DNA of 64,000 nucleotides, from the NCBI RefSeq assembly GCF_018350175.1, contig NC_058368.1, positions 203,982,001 to 204,046,000 on the forward strand. The letters are read 5' to 3'. Numbering within the stretch: the stretch's first letter is position 1; each line of letters begins with the position of its first letter. This DNA comes from Felis catus. Taxonomy: Eukaryota. Positions 1 through 13,400 of the stretch are shown here, in pieces. Below the pieces are notes generated by a model. That model worked only from the letters and a program-made list of their open reading frames with translations. It was not told the DNA's origin and did no database searches. Both the position numbers and the translations under genes were made by a program.

Positions 1-1029
1 TTAATATCAGTATTTCTTGCTATTCCTTCAGATTTTTTCACTTTGAAAACATGTGCTATTTTGAAACATTTGTTTTCTCTGATCTCACTCTGCTTTTTAG
101 CTACATTTAGTTCATATTGTGGCATAAAAGTTGGTTTTAATTCTCATTAGCCTTTAAGGCATCAGGTCCTAACTCCATTTTCCATGTCTCCTCTTAAGAC
201 ATCTTAAAGTTAGAAAGTTCAAAGCTAATTTTGCCATCACCAAAACGCCAAATACTATGGATTTGTGTTTTCAGTTAGCTGCACATTAGAACATAAACTC
301 TTCTGGGACTAAGTTTCAATCTCAGAGAGAATCTATAATATTGATAAGCTGCTTTACCCATTCAATCCCTGATGGCCATTTAATGCACTCAAGAGTCATA
401 TATTAAGAGATTCGATATCAAATCAAATTGCCCAAAGTCCCTAAATGAATTTCAGACCTTGACCACTTCAGACTAATTAAATGGAAAAAACGGAGCTAGC
501 AATCTCAGTAATTGAGCTTGCTAGACAGTCTTAAATAGATATAAAATGATGTCATTGTAACTCCAACCATCAGTCCATAAACTCTAGGGATTTCAAAACA
601 ATTTAAAGCATCCTATCTTGAATCTGGTTTTGTAATAAGAAAACTGTATTTTTGATTCACTGTTCACCTTACCCTATAAATCATGCCGATTTTGGTTTTT
701 AGGGAATACTACCTACCTAGTTGATTACCAATACAGCATTCAATTTGCAATAGAACTTGGCCTTTCTGCCCATACTTCTTTTGAAGAAACAATTACACAT
801 TTGGGAATAAGAAACTGGTCCTTTATATTCACCTAAACTTCTCAAAGAGTTTCTGGCAGATAGCCAGTAAGAATTAAGTAGTAAACCGTAATTTCTATCT
901 GCATATTTAGATGATTCTTATCTTCTCTCTTGAATGAAATTATTAAAAAGCATAAAGCATAAGGAAAATTAAAGCCAAGTCCCAAAGGCCAAATAGAAGA
1001 ATTATTTTCTTCAGTATATCTAGATATAT

Positions 1030-1215
1030 AATTTGTTTATTCATGTATTCATTTATCAAATACTTACTGAGCACTAATGCACAAGGTACTCTTCTAGGTA
1101 CTGACAATAAAAGGTAAATAAGGCAATAATGTAATCACTTCTCTCAATTGAGGTTAAATTCTAGTAGAGAAGAACAAAATTAAACAAATAAATGAACAAG
1201 AGAACTCCAGATAAA
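1030..1215 (-). mobile_element. LINE-2 3' end fragment
   Basis: 'ttattcatgtattcatttatcaaatacttactgagcac...ctaggtactg' resembles the antisense L2 3' terminus. Confidence 0.65.
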
Positions 1216-1292
1216 ATCATTCTGTTTACAATATCATTCAAATAAACATATGTACATAAACATAGATGTACATGTGAACATATATAAAATAT

Positions 1293-1577
1293 AAACGTGT
1301 TGGTGAGGACGCGGAGAAAGGGAAACCCTTTTGCACTGCTGGTGGGAATGCAAACTGGTGTGGCCTCTATGGAAAATGTATGGAGGGTGGTCAAAAAATT
1401 AAAAATAGGACTACCCTTCTACCCAGGAATTGCACTACTGCTTATTTATCCAAAAGATACAAAAATGCTGATTCAAAGGGGCACATGCACTCCAATGTTT
1501 ATAGCAGCACTATCAACAATAGCCAAATTATGGAAAGAGCCCAAATGTCCATCAACTGATGAACGGATACAGATGTG

Positions 1578-1624
<47 letters not shown>

Positions 1625-2050
1625 GGAATACTACTTGGTGATGACAAAGAATGAAATCTTGCCATTTGCGACAACATGGATGGAACTAGAGGGACTATGC
1701 TAAGCGAAATAAGTCAGTCAGAGAAAGATATCATATGTTTTCACTCATATGTGGAATTTGAGAAACACAATAGATGAACATAGGGGAAGGGAAGGAAAAA
1801 TAAGATAAAAACCGAGAGGGAGGGAACACATAAGAGACTCTTAAATACAGAGAACAAACTGAGGGTTGCTGGAGGGGAGGTGGGTAGAGGGATGGGCTAG
1901 AGGGGTGATAGGCATTGAGCAGGGCACTTGTTAGGATGAGCACTGGGTGTCATATGTAACAGATGAACCACTGGGTTCTATTCCTGAAGCCAAGACTACA
2001 CCATATGTTAACTAACTTGAATTTAAATTTAAAAAGTTAAATTAAATTAA
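1293..2050 (+). mobile_element. 5'-truncated carnivore L1 (ORF2 C-terminal remnant + 3' UTR)
   Basis: ORF 1297-1578 has L1 ORF2 C-terminal motifs (TCTPMFIAALSTIAKLWKEPKCPSTDE); G-rich 3' UTR; A-rich tail; internal (CA)n. Confidence 0.95.
1579..1622. repeat. (CA)n microsatellite inside L1
   Basis: Direct reading. Confidence 0.98.
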
Positions 2051-2459
2051 AAAGGATAAACATGAACAAAAGCTTGACATCTGCCATTCTAAATAACTAG
2101 GATGGCATTTCATCAAGCACTTTTAACCAAGGAAATGATGCTGGTTCTCAGAACAAAGATGTTTAAAGAAGACATTTCAGAAGACATTTTAAAAAGAAGA
2201 AGAAAAAGTAAAAATGATCATTTTTCTCCAGGTCCATTCAGTTCTTTAAATATGACACTTTAAATATATATGCCCATTTATAACATTAATCAATGAGGCA
2301 ATGACGATGCCCAATGACGGAATTATCAGATCTGCTTGAAACCCAAGCAGATTATTAACTTCGTCTTCATTTGCTAACAACTAAAAGAACAACCTTAATG
2401 CAACTTAAGCTTATGAGTAAATACATGACCAGATGCCGTTTGAATGACAGTCTTTCATT

Positions 2460-2668
2460 CAGGGATATGCTAGAGCCAGCTGAGACCCTACTCATGAAAG
2501 CCAATAATTAAAATTTCCAGAATTTGGTCATCTTGTTGACATCATATTCGTAGCCTGAATCAGCTATAGTGGGTGTGTTTACACCACAGAAATTGGCAAA
2601 CACTAGAAATCAGGGCTTTTTTTTTTCTTTTTTAGATACAGCAGTGAAATATTTCTACCGCTTCCAGT
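2460..2668 (+). mobile_element. MER63-like hAT DNA transposon fossil
   Basis: 'tttacaccacagaaattggcaaacactagaaatcagggc' matches the MER63A core as recalled; decayed termini. Confidence 0.7.
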
Positions 2669-2679
2669 AAACAATAATA

Positions 2680-2940
2680 ATAGACAATAATGATGTTAAA
2701 AGCTACCTTTTTTTCAAGCTTGACTTGAAAATTCAGCATGTTGAGGATATGTCAAGTGATGTGCTAAATAAACAACCTAACTTAATCCTCACAATAATCT
2801 ATCGAAATGAGATTATCAGTAATTCCATTTTACAAATGAGAACACTGAAACACAGGAAGATTACGTAAAATGGCTAGCATCCCACAGCTAGATAATGGTG
2901 GAACCAAGAGTCAAATCTAAATCAAATCTAAACCCAAGCA
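2680..2940 (-). mobile_element. MIR SINE
   Basis: MIR core 'ccattttacaaatgagaacactgaaacacag'. Confidence 0.75.
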
Positions 2941-3080
2941 ATAAACTGAGGGAGTCACCTGGATTAGGCTCTAAGGAGAAAAGCCACTAGCTCCTTTTCA
3001 TGACTTTACTCCAGGGCTGGATACTGGACCCTCAAAGATGTCACAGATACCATTGATTATTTATCCAAAATCCACCCCCC

Positions 3081-3081
<1 letters not shown>

Positions 3082-3125
<44 letters not shown>
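3082..3125. repeat. (CA)n microsatellite
   Basis: Direct reading; lies ~25 nt into the intron after the candidate donor at 3151 (reads (TG)n on the minus strand). Confidence 0.98.
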
Positions 3126-3127
<2 letters not shown>

Positions 3128-3151
3128 CTTTGTTAGTTTATAGAATACTAC

Positions 3152-3477
3152 CTGATATCAATAGGATTGATGACAATCTTCTCAGGGAAGATGTTCAGAA
3201 CATTTTTAGGTAATCTCGCTTTATAATGCAGCTCATTTCTACTCTTCCCATAAACCTTCAGTAGAAACCTATTAACCTTCGGTATTTCTGGAGTCACATT
3301 TGATTGTGTGTGGTTTTCTTCACTATGGCAACACATGACATTGGCCAAATAGTTGATGTAGGAAAAGATTGGAGATTGCTGGAAAGCTCGGTAGTGTACA
3401 GAATTTACATTAGTCAAAGTAATAACCTTGTTATTTGAGACCAGTGTTAAGAAATGTTAAGTTTTCTCACAGCAAAT
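3152..3477 (-). other. Candidate exon (326 nt), non-coding or containing a start codon
   Basis: Acceptor 'tttatttttcttcttacag|ATTTGC', donor 'ATCAG|gtagta'; unique sequence. The 5' part has stops in all frames. The ATG at 3336 opens 61 codons (MCCHSEENHT...KIVINPIDI) running to the donor. Protein not recognised. Confidence 0.45.
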
Positions 3478-4087
3478 CTGTAAGAAGAAAAATAAATCCA
3501 CAGGGTCTGGAAGGGAGAGAATAGGTCAGCCAATAGGAATAGATCACTAAGATGTGACCCTAATGCCTTAGTGAACAAACCAATAGACTTATTTCCTACC
3601 TAGAAAAATATTTATTTATAACATTAGCCTCTTTCACATGCTATCCCCTCTGTGATGTTTGTTTTACTCAGGCTGTACTATTCTAATTATCTGTATATTA
3701 TTGTAGTAACATTTAAGTATATTCTGAAGTAATAGTTTAACCTTTGAATCCTTAAACATACTGAAAAAAAAACATAACCAGCTATCATATCTTTATGGTT
3801 CTGTTTTAAGACATTGGAAACTATGACTAAAAGAAGCATCTTGCTAATTTAATCTCAAAAAAATTGTTAAGATTATGATTATGACTAAGTCATTTGATAT
3901 AGGAGCCTATTTATAAATTTGCATTTTAAGATCTTCCTCCTGTATAGTGACATGAATATTTTATTGATGATATATTACAAGATGTCTAAGTCTAATATAA
4001 TAGTATTCTTAGGAATGATGATTATATTTCATACATAAATAGAGCTAGGCATCACATATATAATACTGACTTAAATGACAAAATCCA

Positions 4088-4303
4088 GGGGCGCCTGGGT
4101 GGCTCAGTCGGTTGAGCGTCTGACTTCGGCTCAGGTCATGATCTTGTGGTCTGCAAGTTCTAGCCCCGCGTCGGGCTCTGTGCTGACAGCTCAGAGACTG
4201 GATCCTGCTTCGGATTCTGTGTCTCCCTCTCTCTCTGCCTGTCCCCTGCTCTTGCTGTGTCTCTCTCTCTGTCAAAAATAAGTAACCATAAAAAATTTTT
4301 AAA
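4088..4303 (+). mobile_element. CanSINE (feliform type)
   Basis: tRNA-like head, (CT)n, A tail; perfect TSD aaatgacaaaatcca. Confidence 0.97.
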
Positions 4304-4375
4304 AAATGACAAAATCCAACTTCCCTCTTACAAGCTTCATATGAAAAAAAATTAATTCACTGAGGTGAAAAAATT

Positions 4376-4600
4376 GGAGCTTGGGTGGCTCAGTTAGTTG
4401 GGCATCCGACTTCAGCTCAGGTCATGATCTCATTGTTCCTGAGTTCAAGCCCCGAGTCCCTCTTAGTGCTGACAACTCAGAGCCTGGAACCTGTTTCAGA
4501 TTCTTTATCTCCCTCTCTCTTTCTCTCTCTCTGCCCCTCCCCTGTTTGTGCTCTGTCTTTCTCTCTCTCTCTCAAAAGTTAATAAACATTAAAAAAAACT
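4376..4600 (+). mobile_element. CanSINE
   Basis: Head/CT/A-tail structure. Confidence 0.93.
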
Positions 4601-4698
4601 TTTTTTAATTGGTTCACTGGTACTAAGTTGCATTTAGCAATATTCTAATAAGAAGGAAAAGAGAAAGAGTCATATGAAGCCGTTAAAAGTTAATTTGT

Positions 4699-4925
4699 GG
4701 GGTGCCTGGGTGGCTCAGTTGGTTAAGCCTTAGACTCTGGATTTCGGCTAAGGTCATGATCCCACAGTTCCTGAGTTCCAGCCCCCACTGAGTCAGCACA
4801 GAGCCTGCTTGGAGTTCTCTCTCCATCTCTCTCTTCCCCTACCCTACGCATGCTCTGTCTCTCAAAAATAAATAAACATTAAAATTTTTTTAATCAAAAG
4901 AAATAAATAAACTTAAAAAAATTAA
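4699..4925 (+). mobile_element. CanSINE
   Basis: Head/CT/A-tail structure; decayed TSD aaaagtta(gta)atttgt. Confidence 0.93.
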
Positions 4926-5528
4926 AAGTTAGTAATTTGTTTGAAATTAGTTTATCAGATTAAATAATCAGAACTAATAGAACCACAGCAGTGAGAGAAC
5001 CAGGCAGGTATATTTTATGGAATAATAAAATATCAGCTACCTCATACCGGCCTCACAAGTTGGATATCCCTAGAAACACTCACATCCAACACAATTACCT
5101 TGGAAAAATGGAAATGCCAAACTTATATTTCAATTACCTACATTTTTACATCAAGTTAAATTTTCATAGCTACTTCCTATCATAAAAAAAGTTTCCTCTA
5201 TTATTTTTCCTTATGAATAAGATTCATCCTTATTTCTAATACATTATGTTGGTTATCTGGTATATCAAAGAAAGCATTCAAAAAAAGATGCCTGAAATGC
5301 CACTTCAAGAACATTATTTTAAAATATTAACACTGGCTGTCTCTGGTTAATTTTCCTTCCTTCTACCTACTGTTATATATTTTCCTAACCTTTCCATAAT
5401 TTCCAAATTAAATTTAAAATACCTTTTAAAACAATTTATGGGGGAAATAATGTTCCATTTGCATGTATTTCTCTGCCCATTTGTGTGGATACAGAAGAAT
5501 GCTGAAGGATTTAGAAACACAGACTCAC

Positions 5529-5556
5529 CTGTAAAACAAATTTGCAAAGCACTCCA
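5529..5556 (-). other. Candidate 28-nt exon or recursive splice site
   Basis: 'tttatttgtctcag|TGGAGTGCTTTGCAAATTTGTTTTACAG|gtgagt'; consensus donor. Confidence 0.35.
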
Positions 5557-6799
5557 CTGAGACAAATAAATATTTATTTTTCAAGCTGCAGGCAAAATTC
5601 AATTTCTTTAGATAGTATATAAAATGTGACTTAGTTGTCTCTGAGAATATATTTATTTTTCATCTTTAAGTCTAAAATGTGGTTTTAACGAATATTTTAT
5701 TAATTTCTTTTCAAAACCCCTTTTACCTTTAGTCACGCAGAGCTTCACTATAAAAAGAAACTCAAAACCCCATTTTTCAGATGCTTTGTTGGGTAATATC
5801 TGTCCTCTTTATAGCTTTCGGCTCCACCCACCCCCTACACACATAAATGGCACACATTTTATTCAAATCTTTATTCTCTCAGAACTTAGGAAGATTCATT
5901 ATTCTTTAAAACTGGTCATGTTGAGAATTTTCTGCCAGAAAATTAGAATAACTCATTTCCTTTATTTTCACAGAAAGAGAATTTTCAACTTGACTACTTA
6001 ATTTGCAGTAAGTTCAAATCCTGACTTTTCTCATTTTACAAAGAAAAATTTTGTAGCAGCCATTGGGAAGTACAGTAGCATATCACCTCAAAACATACTC
6101 ATTCTTCTTGTTCTTAGCAACTTGTTAATTGTTCTGACTAGCAGTCTTGAAAACAATAGGAAATTTCATTATTCAGCTATAAAATAATCAATTTCAGTTA
6201 AAAGCGCTGATAATACGGAACACACTGTTTACTGGATATTAACAGCTAGTTGAAAATGAACTTTTGCAACATGTCTACTTCATATTTTCAGCTCCCACAG
6301 AAATTATACACTGGTAGCCAGAGACTCGTTGATGGGCAACATGGTGGGACTCATGTGACAGTCATCGTTTATTAAGAATGATTTGCCCTGCCAGGAAATA
6401 TATCTGAATATCTTTTATATATTGCCAGTGTTAGAACCACTAGTTAAAGTCGTCTATAACAGAGGATAATACAACAATAAATAAAGAGGCGTAAGTTTTC
6501 TTTGTCATAGATTTCAATCTCTAAATAACTCTTCACATAAAAAGATGTTATAACTTTGTGGGGTGTTTTTTCCCAAAGAGCCTGAATAAATGCATATTTG
6601 CACTTTTGCATCCCCCAGCATCTGACTCAAATGCCAAATTATCTTATTTAAAGATATATGCAAAGGAATACCATCGCAAGTAATAGAAAACATAAGGCCA
6701 GTGAAATCAACAGACATTGCATAGCTCTGAAAACTATTTTCAGAATATGACATTAAAAACATTATTAAAAACTTTACTAGCGAAATAGCTGGTGTATAC

Positions 6800-7290
6800 A
6801 ACTAGCTCCCCTTCCCAATATCCACACTTCCCTTTCTCTTTTCCAAATAATCCCTATTTGGGGAGTGGAAGGCAGAAAGATAGCAAAGTTCCCAAGTTTA
6901 AAAAAAAAGAAAGAGAATAAAAACCTCAGCAATTCTCGCAGCTAGAAGTAACATTGTGACAGTTCTGACCAATGGAAGTCAGTAAATGTTTCTGGGAAAA
7001 CTGATTTGAGGGAACTTTGAGAACTTTATTTCTCTGATATAGATACCCTTTCTTTCCCACGTTCCCTCCTTCCTCCTTTCTGGAACGTGAGATTGATGGC
7101 TGAGCTGCAACAGCCAATTTGCAACTGTGAAAGGGAAGCCAGAGGACTCACAGAGACCTTGGCCCTAACACCCTTCACCTGCTAACCTGCTGCCAATAAC
7201 TACCAATCACCGAACTACTTGTCACATGATAAAAAATAAAACAACTACTTGGTTAAATACCAAAGTTGGCTTTCAGAAGCCTGAAGCAAA
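6800..7290 (+). mobile_element. MLT1-type (ERVL-MaLR) LTR, old
   Basis: 'gcagctagaagtaacattgtgacagttctgaccaatgg' and 'gctgagctgcaacagccaatttgcaac' resemble MLT1 LTRs. Confidence 0.6.
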
Positions 7291-7704
7291 TAAAAAAATG
7301 TAAATTTTAAGGTTTTCCTTCCTCTTCAGTTGAGAAGATAATAAAATAAGCACTTTTTAAACTTCATGAAGTTTCCATCAGCTGGGAACTGTGCATTTTC
7401 CTAAGGCCATATCTACTTAGACAAGAATTAAGCCAATCAACCTATGTGAAAAGTAGCCATTTGACAATGACTCCTGAAAACCAGCAATTGATAACCTTTC
7501 TAATGGCTAGTCAGGTCAAATACAATTCCAAACTATAAATTTCCCCAGGAATGTTGTGCCATGGAAAAGCCAGTCTTCCTGGACACATATCTATGCTTTC
7601 ATTTAGTAGACAATGAAAAATTTGTAAAACTATCTTCTTTCGTTTTTAGTCAAAAGAGAGTTACATTTTGCACACAACTGCAATAATTATCTTGTATCAC
7701 ATAC

Positions 7705-7781
7705 CTGAAGAAATTATTGTCCAACTGCTTCTAAAACGGACATCTTGAGCAAGGCTGTGCTTCATGCCAATTATGAATAAA
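7705..7781 (-). other. Candidate 77-nt exon
   Basis: Acceptor 'ttttatatataatttcag|TTTATT', donor 'TTCAG|gtatgt'; one frame open (LFIIGMKHSLAQDVRFRSSWTIISS). Confidence 0.4.
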
Positions 7782-7812
7782 CTGAAATTATATATAAAAT
7801 TTTTCTGGTTTA

Positions 7813-8026
7813 GGGGCATCTGGGTGGCCCCATTGGTTGAGTGTCTGGCTTCAGCTCAGGTCATAATCTCACAGCTCGTGAGTTTGAGCCCCGCGCCCGG
7901 CTCTGTACTGACAGACAGCTCAGAGCCTGGAGCCCGTTTCGAATTCTGGGTCTCCCTCTCTCTCTGCTCATCCCCTGCTCGTGTTCTGTCTCTCTTTCTC
8001 CTTCAAAATTAAATAAACATAAAAAA
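7813..8026 (+). mobile_element. CanSINE (feliform type)
   Basis: Head/CT/A-tail structure. Confidence 0.95.
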
Positions 8027-8171
8027 ATTTGGGGGGGGTGGAGGATAAAGGCTCATTGCTTTCAGCAAAATCTCAAAGGAGAATATGACACCTCCCCCCT
8101 AATGTTACCAATCACTGCCCAAAATGGTTTTTAATCTTGTGACTTTCATATTTCTTTTCAAATCCTCATTT

Positions 8172-8633
8172 TTCAGTCACTACTGATGCATAACAAATTA
8201 CCCCAAATTTAGTGGCATAAGGCGACATTTTGTTATCTCTCACCATTTCTTTGAGGCAAGAATTCGGGAAGAGCTTAGCCAGGCAGTTCTGGCTTAGAGT
8301 CTCTTAGGTGGGTGCAGTGAGATGGTGACTAGAGCCCAAATGTCAAGAGGCCAGAGACCTGGGGGTTGGCCAGCATCTCTGTCTCTTCATGGAAACTCAG
8401 GGTCTCTCCATGTGGTTTTCCCACATGGGTTACTTTGGGCTTCTTCACAGCATGGTGGCCTCAAGGCAGTCAGCCCACTTAACTGGCTGCTGAAGGCTTT
8501 CAGAATTCGTATTCCAGCAATCTCATACTCTATCCCTTGAAGCAAGAACAAAAGCCCACCCAATTCTAAGAGGATTCCACCTCTCAATAGGAAGAGTGAG
8601 AAAGAATCTGTGGACATATTTTAAAACCACCAC
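8172..8633 (-). mobile_element. MLT1 (ERVL-MaLR) solo LTR
   Basis: 'gcataacaaattaccccaaatttagtggc' ... 'ttttaaaaccaccaca' are typical antisense MLT1 ends. Confidence 0.8.
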
Positions 8634-8673
8634 ATGTTGAATATATGTACATTAAAAATTGTTAATAAGTTAA

Positions 8674-8883
8674 GGGGCGCCTGGGTGGCTCAGTCGGTTA
8701 AGCGTCTGACTTCAACTCAGGTCACAATCTCGCAGTTCGTGAGTTTGAGTCCCGCGTCGGGCTCTGGGCTGACAGCTCAGAGCCTGGAGCCTGTTTCAGA
8801 TTTGTGTCTCCGTCGCTCTCTGTCCATCCCCCGTTCATGCTCTGTCTCTCTCTGTCTCAAAAATAAACGTTAAAAATTTTTTT
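8674..8883 (+). mobile_element. CanSINE (feliform type, young)
   Basis: CpG-rich; TSD aaaaattgttaataagttaa. Confidence 0.97.
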
Positions 8884-9815
8884 AAAAAATTGTTAATAAG
8901 TTAAGTAATGGCAATTTTCTATATAGTTCAAGACCAAATAAAAAGCTATTTTGATCCTACATCATGCCAAACAATAATACTATGCTTCATGACTTTTAAT
9001 CAATATAATCTGCAATAGCTGTGACTAATTTTAGGTTTGCAAATCTTTGTATATATAACAAATTACATACAAAAATAATTCTATGATTCTCATAAAAATG
9101 AAAGATCCTACTCTAATCAGGAATAATCACACCCCAATTTATTTCATGTATTCAAGTTTTAACTATAAAGTTTGCCCAAAGGTGGATGCTCCTATATTAC
9201 AACCAGAAAGTGGCACACTTTTGGCAAATTTTCTTGGTAAATGACTATGCTAATGTAAATTAAAACTTTTTGGTCATGAGTTATTAATCTGTTTATGGAT
9301 GAAATGTAAAGTTTAGCAAGTAATTAACAATTTTTAAAACCTCAGCCAAATTTCTGAGCTACACTTCAAACCATGAGAAAATTCTATAACCAAGTATTTG
9401 GAAAATTCAGTCATTATTCTTCAGATACTTAACCTCAGCTCACGATGCCCAGCACTTAAATATATCCTTGGACAAAGAACATGTCATCACACAACATAAA
9501 ATATACTACATAGTAAGATATAAAACATAGTAAACCTGACAATAAAAATCAGTTCAAGAGAACATAAGAATTCGAATCAGGATTATCACCCTATACAGCT
9601 TGGCTGTAACAAAAACCTTCAGTCCTAAAACAATGTCACCGTCCCTGAAACACATTTCAATCATTCAAATTTCCTTAATAACCCATGTATTACTTACTAT
9701 GCATTAATTTATTTGGAACTGTATATTTTCATTCTACAATGTATTCTCTAAAGCCTTGCTGCTGTATTCATGGTGATAGTCCTTTTTTTCCTGAAGTTTA
9801 TCTCTTCTCACTTAC

Positions 9816-9841
9816 CAAGGAATTTCCCCACTTTCAATACA
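9816..9841 (-). other. Candidate 26-nt microexon
   Basis: 'tttactgcgtttctacatttcag|TGTATTGAAAGTGGGGAAATTCCTTG|gtaagt'; both splice sites near consensus. Confidence 0.5.
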
Positions 9842-10242
9842 CTGAAATGTAGAAACGCAGTAAATTTGTCACTGCCTACTAACCCACACCCACCTCCATC
9901 CCACCCACTCCAAGCATGGGCCCCCCGAGACTGGTCTTAATCTTCCTTGTCCATCTTCATAATCTGTTCCCTCCTTATGCTCATTCCTCTCAACTGACAT
10001 AATTGCTCCGTCTTCTTCCCACCATCGTCTCCAACACCACCACTGACCTCCTCAGGCTCAGAATTGAACATGGAACCATTTGGAACAGTGAGATAACATT
10101 TTCTGCCTGTTTCCAAAATACTTTCAGCAAGTTATAAATTAACTTTTCCATAGGCTTTTAAGTATCAGTGGAATGATACAGAATCAATGACAAAAAGACA
10201 AAAAGACAAAAACAGGAGATTCATTAAGACACAGGTAATGTT

Positions 10243-10385
10243 GGGGTGCCTGGGTAGCTCAATCAGTTAAGCATCCGACTTTGGTTCAGGTCACGATCTC
10301 ATGATTTGTGGGTTTGAGCCCTGCATCAGGCTCTGTGTTTATAGGTCAGAGCCTGGAGCCTGCTTCAGATTCTGTGTCTCCCTCC

Positions 10386-10422
<37 letters not shown>

Positions 10423-10487
10423 CCTCTCTGACTCGTGCTCTGTCTCTCTCTGTCTCTAAAAAATAAATAAATGTTAAAAAAAAAAAA
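10243..10487 (+). mobile_element. CanSINE
   Basis: Structure; TSD aagacacaggtaat/aagatgcaggtaat. Confidence 0.95.
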
Positions 10488-13400
10488 AGATGCAGGTAAT
10501 ATCCCAACTTGGCTTACTTTATTTGCATCCAAAGGCCAAGAACACTTAAGCTCCATAGTTAGCGTTCCATCAGCACATTCTGTCACTAATCAATATCCTA
10601 CTAATGCTTTCATTCTCTGTTGCAGTAATTCATGATCAATGGTAAGAATTCAGAGACACCACCAACAACATATTCCATGGATCTTGGAATGTAAATGAAA
10701 AAACAAGATAATTCTAAATAAGCTCTTTAGAACATAGGCAGAGGAGACAGGTCTACAAGCCTCTTGGGCAAGGTTATTGCCTTCTTTATCTCCATGTCTA
10801 CAGTACCCAGGCTAATTCTGGGATTATCATACCCTTCAATACATATTGAATGTTGAATTTATTATTAGACAACCATATGATGTTATAACAAAAATAGACC
10901 TTAGAAATCATCTAATCTAACCTCTCATGTTACAGATGAAGAAACTAATATCTAGAGGCTTTATTTTGGCAGAGCCTTGGGAACTTGCCCAAAATTTAAT
11001 AGCGAGGTAATTGACACAGCAATTAATCATTTTTCCTAATGGTATGTTCTATGAGTTTTCTAGAAATTCTTTCTGTTTTTACTACATTTTAAGGAGACAA
11101 ATTTCCAAGGAATATACATTCACACTTCACATCCTAAAAAATAAGCTTGATGGATATAACATTCGGTTGACTATTTCCTCGGTCTCACACATGTTAAAAT
11201 CGTTGCCATGAAATTTGGTTAGACTTCTCCACATCATACCCCCCCCCAACTCCTGACCCTACACAGAGTCCTGAACAAACTGTTCTCTTCAATCTGGATT
11301 TGTTTACTGAGTCTAATGTTGTTGTGCCCAGTTATATTATGCATTGCTAATTTTGTACTATGTTAAGACAGACAAGGCCCCTGAAATATCATGATGTGAA
11401 CTACAAAGGAAATTCATAAATAGAATTCTTTTCAAACCCACTGAACAAAAACCATGTATCTCTGTTTTGTGCAAAGACTCACATTCATTGCTATGATGTA
11501 GGGTTCTCTCCCTTGAGAAGAAATTAATTCTTTGGGAGTAATTAATACAAACTGCTTGAAAACATGAGGTTCCATGGAGACTCATTTCAATGCCTTACAT
11601 AAGTCTATGTGTCCCCCTTATCTACTCTCACTAGCCCCTCAGCCGTTTGCTCCCCACCCTACTTGTCTCTTTTTCATGTTTCAACAAAAGGTACGTGAGA
11701 ATGAAGGAGACCTAGAAATGTCCACAAAGAGAATTTGAATTCCTTGTCCTTTGAATACTGTATTACAGTATCTACAAACCACAACACCAACATCTGGGAA
11801 ATAGAGTTAACAGCATTGAAAAAAGCTTCCAGATGTCATATAGCCCCATCTTTTGTACCCAAGTCAGATGGTCCCTAGTGATAACAAACAGTTAAACATC
11901 TCCACGGAAAGAGCTGCTATAACCTCCCTTGGTACCTATCACACTAATTATGATAAACTGACGGAGTGAGTGTGGTATAGGCCATGTTCTCATGATCCAG
12001 ATGGCTCTCTCTTACCCAGTGGAATTCTTCCTTAGATGTCAATAAAACAAGAGCATGGATATCTTTTTAAAGTCACGTGCAGGAAAATGCACAATCTGGT
12101 GTGAGAGTTGTTAAGGGAGAGAAGAACAGGGAGGAATGGAGATGTGGGGGGGAGAGGCTTTGGTTGATTAAACATTCTTTCTCCCATGACATCAATGTTT
12201 AAAGACCATGTGCCCTTGTCTTACGTAGATATCACTATCAGAAGGCATCTGTGTAAAACAAAGACAAAAGTTGACCTGTCAGCAAGTTAGACATTGCATC
12301 TGAGAGAAGATGAGTCACAAGCAAACCCCCTCTTTGGCCATTTGTTGGTAAAACACCAGAAGTAAAATGAATCAGATGTCTCACTCTTCATACCAATAGA
12401 TCCTGTCTACTTAATGTTTTGAAGGTTTAACTAATATATTATCTTAAAAATAAAGAATAACTGTCTAAGTTTTAGTCAAAGTGGTAGTGACAGTAGCTTT
12501 CTCAATGGAAAACAGATGACTATATGTATACATTAAGTAAGTAAATAAATATATTATTGTTTGTTGCCTTGACTATCAAAGAAGAAAACATTTATTGACT
12601 GTCATTTATTAAACTGTGCGATTCTATGAGACAAGTGCTATTGCCTCTACTTTCACATAAAGGGAAATCGTATGACTGGCAAGTAAGAAACAGTGTCCAG
12701 ATTCAAAATCTTGGAGTTTCTGTTTCCAAAACCACATGGTGTTTCCATTGGGCCACACAGGAAAAGAAAAACATTGCTATCTTCATATTTCTCCTGCAAA
12801 CAAGAACAGATTTGTTTTCAAGTGAGAAATCATTCTCACACACTGTGGTTACCAAAAATGTCCACCTTTAGATAATTTATTAAATAAAGAAACTAGGATT
12901 TAGATTTACCTTTTATGATATTGAAGTCTGTTATCTACATAATTCACTATTATATGCCTATGCTGCCTTGGTCAGGGCCTTATTCTCACAAGCATCTCTG
13001 AGCCCTCTCTCACTACCCCACCTCTCACATGCACCTATGGAGAGAGAATCAGGTCTGGAAATAAAAGAGAATGGAGGCAGAAATTTCCTTAGGTGAATTC
13101 CTGTCGTATGAGGAGCAGGCAGTTAGGAGCATTTAACACTCAGTCATATATTATAGTTATTCAAATAAATGCCCTAGATCTCCTACTCTTCTAGGAGTCT
13201 TTAATAAACAGAAGCCATACCTTAATCACTTACAGAGTCCCATAGTAGGCACAAATCATTTTTTGAATGAATTAATTTTGGCCAGACACCTCTACAAAGA
13301 AAAACTCGTTGAATATTGAAGGAAGACTCTTAAGCCAAATCTATATTTGTTGGAACTAGTAGAGTATATTATTCAATAATATATTATTAAAGACCTGTGG

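Noticed and set aside
4088..4170. tRNA-like sequences with A/B boxes
   Set aside because: SINE heads followed by CT tract, A tail and TSD; not tRNA genes.
4045..4608. Recurrent 'AQVMIS...SLEPASDSVSPSLS' ORFs throughout the window
   Set aside because: Translations of CanSINEs.
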